From: Paraspadella gotoi
Taxonomy: Eukaryota > Animalia > Chaetognatha
Length of the DNA stretch: 64,000 nucleotides
Assembly: GCA_051294375.1 (NCBI GenBank)
Contig: CM119271.1
Coordinates: forward strand, 16,652,470 to 16,716,469
Reading direction: 5' to 3'
The translations under genes and the position numbers were made by a program. This document shows, piece by piece, positions 13,740 to 25,700 of this stretch. Under the pieces are notes generated by a model. The model ran no database searches, had not been told where the DNA came from, and saw only the letters and a list, made by a program, of their open reading frames with translations. Position 1 is the stretch's first letter; every line of letters begins with the position of its first letter.

Positions 13740-16700
13740 ATGACCATTAAGAAATTGGATGTTACTCCGGTGGATGTTGAAGTTAAGCTGCCGCCATCTC
13801 AGGTTTGAACCTTAAGGTTTAAAATTAATTTTTTTCTTATCAATTTTGATCTTAATTTTTTTGTCAAAAACTATTTCTTTGTCTTTTAAATTTCATTCGT
13901 TGATTTAATTTTTTTTTTATTCATTCATGTCACCATTCATTCATTTGTTAATTGACTAATTGATTCATTAATTCGATGTTTTCTTTAAAATCCAAAAGAT
14001 TATTATTTTGTTAAAATAAATTTGTGCAAAAAAAAAAATTTACCTGCATTTTCTACAGAGAGCGTTTTCATTTAAATTTCCCATTTTTTTTTCAATTTAC
14101 ATTTAATTAAATAAATAAATATTTTTACATCAATACCTCCCTTTCCTCCTCCCTTCTCCTCTCTTCCTTCTCCTCCCTTCCCTCTCTCCCTTCCTCTCTC
14201 TCCCTTCCCCTCTCTTCCCCCTCCCTCCTCCTCCCTCCCCTCCCTTCTCCTCCCCTTCCCTCTCCTCCCTTCCCTCTCCTCCCTTCCCTCTCCTCCCTTC
14301 CTTCTCCTCCTTTCCCCTCCCTTCTCTCTCCTTTCCCCCTCCCTCTCCTCCTTCCCCCTCCCTTCTCCTCCCTTCCTTCTCCTCCCTTCTCAAGGATGAG
14401 ACTGACAGCGAGCGCTCGAGCGAAGATTCCGTTTCAAGAACGAAAGTTGTCGAGCGCTTAAGAGGAGAAGATGAGGACATCGTGGACAAGAGTCTTTGGA
14501 TGAAGTTGGGTCCTTTCAGGTGCGGCCAATGGTGTGGTAGTAAGATGGCCGATTGGGCCTGGTGTGAGGGAGAAAGTTTTGTTGTTAGCCCAATCGAGCC
14601 CAAAAGCTCAATGGTCCGCCGTTCGCCTCCACGTTAGTTTTGTGGTCCCAATGAACATTTTATAGAAATTGACGTTGGTTCTTAAATGTTTGTTTTTAAA
14701 TGTTCAAGTAAAAATTAAAAGTTTAGGAGATAAAAAATTCATAAGTTAATTCATGAGTTAATGATTCAAATATTTAAATCTATTAAAACTTCTTTCCCAA
14801 ATCGCCATTTCCCTTTAAAAATCGAATATTTTAAAACTTTAAAAACTTACCAACTTCATTCGACCATTTTTAAAATTTTACATTTAAACACGTGATTTCT
14901 TATATTTGTATTCCATTCTTCTTTTGAAGATTCAACCCGGTGGTCACCATCTCCGCCGTCATCATAATCTGGGCTTTCATTTTGTGGTCAGTGCTCCATC
15001 CTGACACGGTCACCAATCTCAAATTAGCCAAGGTAGACTTGAAGATCTTTAGCATTAAAAAATTGAGACTTACCGCCAAAAATTTAATCAAGTTTCTACA
15101 TTAATTTATAATATTTTATACTCTCTCTCTCTCTCCCTCCATTTTTTCAGATTTGGATAACAAAAATCTTCACATGGTTGTACATCGGAGCTCAGGACAT
15201 TTGGACAATCTTCATTATTTGGCTTTTTTTCTCAAAGTATTCTAAAGTCAAACTGGGCAAAGGTAATTGACGAATAGCTTAAAGCGATAGAGAAGACATC
15301 AAACCACGCTTTTCTAATCCCACTATTCTTTACTCAAGACGATGACGTTCCTGAATACAACAATATCACATGGTTCTTTATGTTTTTCTCTTGCGGAGTC
15401 GGCGTTGGTCTATTTTTCTATGGTGTCGCTGAGCCGGTTTATCACTACACCTTGAAAAATCGGTATTCCATGGATTTCACGATGCCTGACAACATTTTGG
15501 CACAGGTTAGTCAGAGTCAATGCATTGTGAAAAACTATTACCAAAATAAAGCTTATAAAACAAAAAAGTTTTGTACAATACATTGACTAAAATTGATGCA
15601 TTAAACAATAAATATTGATACATTGATACATATGTTAAAACGCAGTAAAATGGCCCAGGTTTTAAAAGGATAACAAGTTGTACCAGTTAGACACTTTAAA
15701 ATATACTGTGCCTTAGAACTAGCTCGACAGTTAGTTATATACAGATTGTTAGATAGGTTGAGCAGCACAATTTATATACATAAACTTAATAAAACTTTGA
15801 GTACAACTTTTCATCTTTCTTCGGGCACGTACTGATTAAGAATGTAGGGCGATATTTTCTGAAAGCACCCCATTTTTGTTCCTAATCCCTAAACTTAAAT
15901 TTAATCTAAAAATTCAACCTTAGTTTTTTATTAAATTTTAACCTCTTCTTTTTCCCTAACGTTAACATTATACTAAACCCTATTTCTTAATCCTTAACCA
16001 AAATCCTTAACTTTGTCCCAACTTTTAAACTTAATCTTAAACTTAATTTTAAACTTAATCTTAAAACAAATCAGCAAATGATGAAGATTCGCAAAAACAT
16101 AAGAGTCGAAACATGTCTCAATTATTATTAAATTCACTTGTTGTAATAACAAAAATTTTTTTTCTCTAAACTTTTATATAAACAAAAAAAAGGAATTTTG
16201 AATATAATGTCTAACATATATTTATTTATATTGGTTGTACCAATTTCATAATCTTTAAACTAATCCTTAACCCTTAATATAACTTTTATTTTTAACCCTT
16301 AACCCTTAATTTAATGTTAACCTAAATAAACAAATAATAAATAATTTAAACTGAAATGGGGAACTTTTGGAAAATATGGTTAAATACAGAACATATAAAC
16401 TTGTGATAATTAGTGAAAAATAGCAATGCTATTTAGATTGACTGATCGAGGTCACCTTTTTCCCCCTATTAATAGGTATACTTTTAGCTGTTCCAAATAT
16501 TTTCCCTCGTTATGGAAATGGGGTTTTCTTTTATATATCTCATACATAGTAAGTAGCCAAGATTTTTAAGATTTGGCCCAGACAATCAGTTTTTTTCAAC
16601 CGCGCAAAAAAAGAACAAGAAAGAGATAGATAGGTGATTTTTTTATTTGCAGGACATTGAATCAATGAGTGCTAGTGAATTTTGATTATTTACACTGTTC

Positions 16701-19700
16701 ATTTCACTTTTACACAGAACGCTATGAATCTTACTCTTTATCATTGGGGCATCCACGGGTGGATTGTTTACTGTATCTTAGGTATCATTTTGGGCCTAGT
16801 CAGTTATCGCAAGGGTCTTCCACTCACGATGAAATCTTGTTTCTGGCCTTTGATTGGAAATAAGGTAAGATTTTCTTTTAGCAAAAACTATTATTCATTT
16901 TTCTTAAATTGGAAATTTTCTTAAAGATTTTCGGACGGTTCGGGGATGCCATCGATACGATCTCTATTTTTACCACCTTGATCGGACTCTGCACTTCATT
17001 TGGTCTTGGAGCGATGCAGATTAACATGGGACTCAATCTCTTTGCCCCGAACACAATACCAATTGGGGTTTTGACACAGGTATTGTCAAAAGCTAGAAGA
17101 AATTGAATGGGGGCAGAGGGGGATTGGGAAATATTACATATATAATAAAAAATGTTACCACTTATCATATTCAGGTTATCATCGTGTGGTGCGTGACAGT
17201 GATCGCTACTATCTCCACTGTGACTGGTTTAAGCGTTGGCATTCGTCGTCTCTCTGAATTCTGTTTCTGTCTTGGACTCGTGCTTCTCTTCTCCGTCTTT
17301 TTTCTCGACAACACGTGGTACATTCTCAATCTCTTTTGCCAGAGCATCGGATTCTACTTTCAGGTGCTTTGTTTCATTTTTTTGCTTCTTTATGAAATTG
17401 GTACAACCAATATACAACCAATCGTTCATCAGCGGCCAATGGTGCCGGAGGCAAGTCATTCGCCTCCCAAACCCAAGGTCCGGGGTTCAAGCCCGGTGGC
17501 CGCCTAGCAGTTAAGAGGGACGGGCCGCTTTACCAACCTGTAACACGGTGTTACAGCCTGATCCGAAGTTCAGGGACTGCTTATATTGAACGGTTCTGTC
17601 ACTAACATATAACAATAATTACTGTCTTTTAATATTTCAACAAAAGTTGAAGGGAAAGAGAAAAATAAAAACGTCAAAATAGAAAATAACAAACAGCAAC
17701 CTACAATAATTTCTGTGACCCTCGCTAACCCTAGCGAGAAAGGTTCATCAATTTGGATCCTATTTTAACCGGCATGATTTTTTTATCCAATCTCAAATGT
17801 AATTTTTCTAACAAAACTTTGTTCAGTGGATCCTCCAGCTTGGATGGCACACGGATGCCTTTGAGCAGGCAGGAGTTTCGGCCGGCGGCCAGGAGCGCGG
17901 TCGTGGATACGAAGATGGAAAGATGGACGGACCGTCGGAATGGATGAACAACTGGACAATGTTCTACTGGGGATTTTGGATTTCTTGGAGTCCTTTTGTC
18001 GGTGAGGAGTTTATATTCATACTTATAAAATAAGACAGCTTTTAAAAAATATTACATATCCCAAAAATATTCCATAATGATTATAGGAATGTTCATCGCG
18101 AAAATTTCCAAAGGCCGAACAATCAAAGAATTCATTGTCGGCACAATGACAGCACCAATCATTTTTTCCTTCATTTGGTTCTCAACTTATGGAGGTAAAT
18201 CAAGTTAAAAGTGATCAAACTTATAATATTTTCATCAAATTGCATTTGACTTGGCTCTTTGAGGATTGGGTCTGCTTATGGAGCGTACCGCTGCTTCTCA
18301 CAATCTGTGCTGTGGTCATGGAATCAATCGCACCTTGGTCAACAATGAGTTGCATCAGCTTGAAAACATCGATTATTGGAGACGCATTCACGTGGACGGT
18401 GCCATTTTACAACCTTCTTCAGAGTGGACTAATTATGGCCGAGTAAAGGAACTTTGTGAGTTGGATAAAGATGGAAAATCAAAATGTGGCGAATGTACCA
18501 ATAAGGTATGTTTATAAATAAATAAGATATAAATAAACATTTTTATTAATTTACTGTTAATAAAATATATTTTAACATTTCAGCAGAGAAAGATTTATTA
18601 TAACTTTTTTCAGAATTTTTAAATAATGACTCAATTATTATATTGCATTTAGAAACCATTGTATTGTATTGTTAATAAACATATTTTTTTTTGGTCAGAC
18701 TAGTCAGATATGCAATTAATATCAATTTGATTTTGGATAATAATAATTATAAGAAAAAAATAGTTTAATGACTAATTTCATCTGTTAATTTTCTTAGGAT
18801 ATTTTTTTGTTTGTGTTTGCTTTTTACAATTTGAAGGATTTTTATTCAAATGAAACCTTTCATGATGAAACAATTACAAAATACTAAAGATGTTGTCATG
18901 TTGATAGAAAACGCCTGTATATTAAATTGTTGATCTTGATAATATTTTTGTTTGCTATGATTCGATTGCTCAAGTGTAAATTTTCGAAGTGTGCTTTAGT
19001 TTGAATGTGAGATTGCTATGCTCTGCCATCATGATGAGTTTCATTTGGAAAAAATAAAAAAATTAAAAGGTAATAGCTGATTATGGTTTTAAGGCAATTT
19101 AAGGAACTAATGATTTCTTGCCTTTCCGTTCCGTGATATGCGATGCAAAAGCATTTTCGGGTTACGCTGTCTGGGCGCTTAATCACTACGTTGTGTAAAA
19201 AGCTTTTATCGGCATTTCAAAATATTATGTTCTCAGACTATTTTTCTTTACCATTTTGACTCATTAAACATGAGACTTGAACTAAACTCCTGAGATTGAA
19301 GACCCTATTTTCTTTTATTTTCATTTAATCTTTATTTTTCAGTGATTTTTTTTTCTAAAATTTTATTCTTTTTATTTTTAAACTTTCTCTCTACTTTCAT
19401 TCTCTTTGGTTGGGATGGATGGTTGGGGGGAATGATGGGCTGGTTGGCTGGGTAGTTGGGCGAGTTGGGGAATCCTTCGATCGTCGGCTTGATGGACCAT
19501 TAAAACACTTTTAATTTGACTTATTTTTGATATGTACAATTCATTATATTTTTTAATACTATTTATACTTGATTTTTTACATATTGACTTTAAACTTTGT
19601 TAGCTTGCTTATTTCACCATTTTACTGTAAGTTTATAAATTCTATTGTTACTGAATTTTTCTACTTGACTTATTGACTTTTTTTTTTTTACTTTGCATAA

Positions 19701-22700
19701 GAACATTTTTGTAACAATGACGCCATTACACAATGATTCGCTCACGTATTCATTTTAACTGATTCATTCACATCATATAAATATATAAAACACTCAATCT
19801 TCTATTATAAAAGTTATCTGAATCACTATCATCATCCTTTCTTTTGATTATTGGTATATTGAGCTAAAAGCTACACTCTTCATTGACTTATTTTATATAT
19901 TTTAAATTAGTTTTACATTTACCCCGTGAACCAAATCCGATGATACGAAAGAAACCACTGCTGTAATTTACTGAGTTGAGATAGACTCACTCAGATTTCT
20001 TTAAATGATAAATAACTTTTTAACATTTTTTATGTATAAATTTTATTTTATTCAAATATCATTAACAACTTTAAATCTATTTTTTCATTTGTTAAAATTC
20101 GAGTGCAATGAACAATATTGTAGTTCTTAAGACCCTACTACAGATATATTGGTGCTTTTTTGCCCACTACTAAGTCCATAAACCTTATGGTGCCTGGGAG
20201 AATGATACTCCAGCCTTAATTCAACCAATTCTAGAATGCTGACTAAACAATTTTCAAGACTGCTTTTCTATGTCAAATGGATTATTGGCAAGACGAAGAT
20301 GGGTATTCACTGCCTATAATTAGCTTTTCCTCTTGAAAAACTGAAGAAACATGTGTGGCTTATGGTTAGACAATTTCAAAAATTGGTAGATCAAGCTCGG
20401 TAGAGTGACCTGTGCAGCACAGCATCGGCTGCATAAAAGTTTTTTTACTTAAATTTTTACACAAAGATCGGATAGAGAAGAGGGGATATTCCGTATCTAT
20501 CATGATGTTCCAACCTGTAAAATATTATTTTTTTCTTTTGGTAATTTATAACTAGACACCAGCAGAAACCAGCAGAAACCAAAGTTGTTATGCGCATTCG
20601 ACTTTTGTAATGGTAAAAAATGAGAGCTGCTTTTGGACGAGGTTTTTAGTTCCATAAAGAATATTTTTTTCTAGCGATTCACTATCATCGAAGGGAACGT
20701 TAAAATAGGAAAAATTATACTAATTTATGCTTTTTTTTAACTTTTTGGATAGCATTTTGAGAATGTTTTAAAGCATTTTTAAGCAATGATTTTAATTTTT
20801 TAAAAACGTAAATGATTTTTCTTTCAATTTGTAAAATAAATTTTTCTTATTGGCGTATAGTTTACGTATAATTAATTTTTCTTTTGTAACAGTCGATTTG
20901 GCTTACGGGGTATATTGGCGCTTTTCACAGATCTCCCAAAATTAGGAATTTATAAGTGAACTTTTTCTTCAATAATTAATCAACTGTTTAATCTATGTCA
21001 AAAAATCATAATGATTTCTTTAATAAAAATAATCTTCACACATCATTCATTGCGCTCACATCTCCACACATCACAGCATTCCATTCCATTCACAAATTTG
21101 TTCCTCATCGTTTTCAAATGAAGAAATTTCTTTTGACTCTCGTTGCCCGCATATCAGATTTCGAGCAGCTGGGAGTCAAGATCACAATGACACGAAAAGA
21201 AATGCCAAACTTATTCACAGCGGTGAAGGTAAGAAATGACTTTCTACAATTAAAATCAAATTGTTTCAAGTTTTTAATCGAGTTTAAACATAATACACAT
21301 ATAAAAAATATAGACTGGCATCTTACTAAAAACGTGAAGGTCTTTGAGTCAGTTTATTTTCGATTTGGTTTTATAAAACTGAGGTTAAAATGAAATTATA
21401 GCCTTGATGGAGTCAAAGTTGATTTGATATGATCACTCGGAATAACTTTTTTTTCTCATAATATCTGTTGTAAAGATAACCAGGTTGGCTGAATGGACAT
21501 TTTCGGATGTCCTGCCGGCCTCCTGGCATCGATTTGGCTTCAAAATCCTCCTTTTGAATGAGAAGAATGCCAATGAGCTGAAACTTTTTAGTGTAAGACT
21601 TTTGGGGTAAACTGAAAATTGTCATTGTCTGAAAAAAGTTAACACAAAAAGAAAAATAGAATTATGAAAGATTAGGTTAAAACTCATGTATTCTAAATAC
21701 AAGAGGTTAACAATATAATTTTTTCTTGGCAGAAAAAATAACAGTAGTAAACTAATAAATAATAAATTTAAAAATTTTATAAGATGATAAATTAGTAATT
21801 ATATATAATTATATATAATTAAATTCATTTGTCTGTTATGTAAAAAAATTTAATGGTTTTGAGAAATCAGGCCCTCATTGTCTGCTAAAAAGTTGTTGGT
21901 GCTCTTTGACATCTATGGAATTTGTTGGCAATTTATTTTTCACAGTAGTCTCTAAACGGGACCAGTGGAGATGGTACCAGAAACCATTGTGACATCTTAC
22001 TATGATTCCAGAATCAAGCCTGCTGGTTTTTTATTGAAAAGCAGGCATGGGTGGATTTGAAAAAACTTTTTAAGATGGTTTTTTGGATTGCTTTTAAACC
22101 ATCATCTTTTATTTTTTTTCTTGTGAAAGAATTTTTCGGTAGTCGCAGAATAGATAGAATCATTGTTTGGAAATCTGATCAATGCTCTGCTTAATGAAAA
22201 AAGCATTTTTGCTTTACAGATTCTTCCGCCAGACCTAGTGGTTTAAATTTCTAAAACCTTGATTGCAAAGAGGTTTTGAGGGCCTTTATGTAAGAAGCTT
22301 CTCTAAAACCTCTTTCAATTACAAATCCAATTTGTAAGCCATTTCAAACCTGTGCCTTGAGTGCACCACTGTGGTACCTCCTAAGCGGATTTTTTCTACT
22401 TGCGTATGCGGTTGAAAATGATTGGAATAGCTGCAACCTATTTTGCTAGCATGTATGCCAGCATATGCACATTGTGCATTTTTAAAGGGGCAGGGCTAGA
22501 AAAATTTGCTCTTGCCTTCTTTGCCGGCATAAAATTGAAAATAATAAAAACACTGAATTTAGCCAAAAGTGCTAGTTAATTTATGGCTATTGACCAAGCA
22601 CCTTGGCCGATGTTTAAGGTTTAACGCTGTGAATGATTGATACTCACGAGCGAGATTCGTCTTGCTTTAGAGTTTAACAATGATTGGTTATCATGAAACA

Positions 22701-25700
22701 ATTTTGGCCTGAATTGTTTAGGCCAAGTTGTTTATTCTTTGTTCTTTTGTTTGAGGTTTCTGAAAAAACGTTGTCCATAAGAAATTATCTAAATGAATTT
22801 AACTTTAATTAATAACATACTCGTGAATCATTTTTTGTTTTGTTCACTTTTTTATTTGTACTATTGTTGCAGCACTTTGGTCCAAATTTTGGGGCTTTAT
22901 AAAATAAAGATAATTACTACAATTATACTACAATCCAGGTGATGCAACGAACTCTCAATGAGGTTGGAGTCATGAACTACACTAAGTTTTTGCAATCGAT
23001 TAAAAACAGGGATATCTATCCGGAACGCAAGACCATCAAGTCCCAATCTCGGACGTAAGTTAGACTCATAAAATGTGTTTTCATATTTTTATATCTTTCA
23101 GAGGTGATAACTGTAAATGGTTTTCGAAATCTGAATAAAGATTTAAATTATGCTCTTTCTTAGCTTTTAGCCGATATATTAATTGTTTTGAAATTATTTG
23201 ATATAATGCTTATTTTGATGAAGCAAAGATAACTGCTCTGTTTTCTCTGCGCGGTTTGGAAGAAATCTAAAAACAAGTCGGTTAAAATTATTAATGAAAA
23301 TGCTTATTTATAGTATAAGAATACTTTTAGCATAATATACATTGCACTTTTGTCAAAAAATGTTAAGGTAAGTGGGTAAGGTTACAGTTTAATTTTTATT
23401 AAAACTGACTTTTTTTTTTAAATGAATAATGATATTGTCAGATAAGTAAATTAATCATTTAAGATTTCAGAATGCATGATAAAAGGGTTAAGTCAGCAAG
23501 AAATACATACATTTGACGATTTAAGCTTATTTTTTAAAATCTTAAAGTTTTGTTTTATTTAGTTTAAATAGGTTTAATTTGAATGGTTATGATAAGACTT
23601 ACCACTATCATATTCAGAAACGACCACTGAAAAATATTAACAAGTATGGCTCTCATACTAAACAAATTAATGAGCGCGCATAAAAATGACTAAATGTTTT
23701 GAAAACATCCACAACGCCCTGTAGTTGTTTGAAAAATTTATTTTGTTTCATTGCATATGAAAGTAAAAAGCCACGCATTTTTTAATTGTATCTCAAATCG
23801 TTAAGACAAGGCTAAACGTTAAGTTTTGTCTCGATATATGGTCCAACCCCTGTTCTTTAGAAAGAGTTGGTAACAAACAATTCTTTTTTCCATAGTTACA
23901 CTCGCCTTTCCTGTCTGGTTCTGGAGGAAATGTGGTTCGCCCTGATAACATCTTACGACGGGCTTGGCGGATTCTTCACAGTTCTCAGTCTCTTCGGCAT
24001 CATTCTCTATTTCGTGACTTCCTTGGATTCAGGCTCTCTCGTCATCGACTGTCTGTCTGCCAACGGACATCCGGATCCACCAAAAGCTCAGGTTAGACTT
24101 TTTAAAGAAGAGTGAGTCAATGATAATGAGAAACAGGTTAGAACCAATGCCAATACTAAACTCATTCAACTTTCAAGTATATGTAGTGTCTAAGCATTGA
24201 TACAACTGAAACAGATGAAACACCTATAACAATTCTTTAAACTCATCGTGATGTAAAGATTAATTAAAATTTCATAATGACTACTAGCTAATTAGGAAGC
24301 AGGATTTTGTAAAATCAATATGTATTAACAGTTTGATCCAGATCATAACATTCTATTATTCATTTACTTTTTCCCATTATAGAGAGTCTTCTGGGCTTTC
24401 ATGGAAGGTTCAACAGCAACAGCTCTTATCGTTGCTGGCGGCAAAGAAACGCTTCAGGCGCTGCAGACTGTGACCATTCTCATGGGTCTTCCCTATGCGA
24501 TCGTTCTGTGCTTCGTTTGCGTCTCACTTTATCGTCTGTTGCAGGTGAAATAAGAACATCTGTAGAAAGTAGCCCTAGTATTATATATTATATAACAGTT
24601 AAATGTGACATCGTAAGTGATTGAGGCGTTAACCCACCATAGCCTGTCCAGAGTCATGAGCAATGTAGTTTATTTATATTGATATTTAAATTGATAATTT
24701 TTTTTATTGGTTGTTTAATTTTAAAGCTTTTGACATGGATGATGCCTCTGTATCAAAATAGAGTAATTATACAATAACATTTTTCATACAATTGAAACAT
24801 TCTTTGAAATATTATACCACATCATTGATAGGGAAGCCAGGTACTCTGGGAGTGAATAAACGAGACTGTGAGAGAGTCTTGATTGAAAGCTTGCAGGGAC
24901 CTGCTATGTCATTATCTTGTAAGAGTGATGGAGGCCTTAAACCACCAAAGCCTGTCCAAAGTCAGGGGCAAGATAGCTTATTTATTAAATGAATGGATAA
25001 TTTTTATATTGGTTGTACCAATTTCATTTCATTAAATTGACAAGAATGAAAAGTGACCTTCCCAGCATAATGCAAATGAACATGACTTACAATGAAGAAT
25101 ATGTAGAAAATATAAATGACATTATTGATTTAGGAACTGACTTCATAATTAATTTTAAGAGTTTAAGGGGACCCAGTGATATTAATTATATCATAAGCTT
25201 AAGGGGCTAAGCTGTGGCCCTAAACTTTTTAAACTTAATACAACGAATCAATAAAACAAATCCAAGAATCAAATAATGTTCAATCCAAAATCAATGAATC
25301 AGTTCAATCCAAGAATCAATTAATCAGTTCAATCCAAGAATCAATTAATCAGTTCAATCCAAGAATCAATTAATCAGTTCAATCTAAGAATCAATTAATT
25401 AGTTCAATCTCAGAATCAATTAATCAGTTCAATCCAAGAATCAATAAATCAGTTAAATCAAAGAATCAATTAATCAGTTAAATCAAAGAATGAATTAATC
25501 AGTTCAATCTAAGAATCAATTAATTAGTTCAATCTCAAAATCAATTAATCAGTTCAATCCAAGAATCAATTAATCAGTTCAATCCAAGAATCAATTAATC
25601 AGTTCAATCCAAGAATCAATTAATCAGTTCATCCAAGAATCAATTAATCAGTTCAATCCAACAATCAATTAATCAGTTCAATTCAAGAATCAATTAATCA

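Noticed and set aside
17432-17503. Functional tRNA-Gly gene
   Set aside because: D and anticodon stems do not pair properly, and it is part of a multi-copy LTR.
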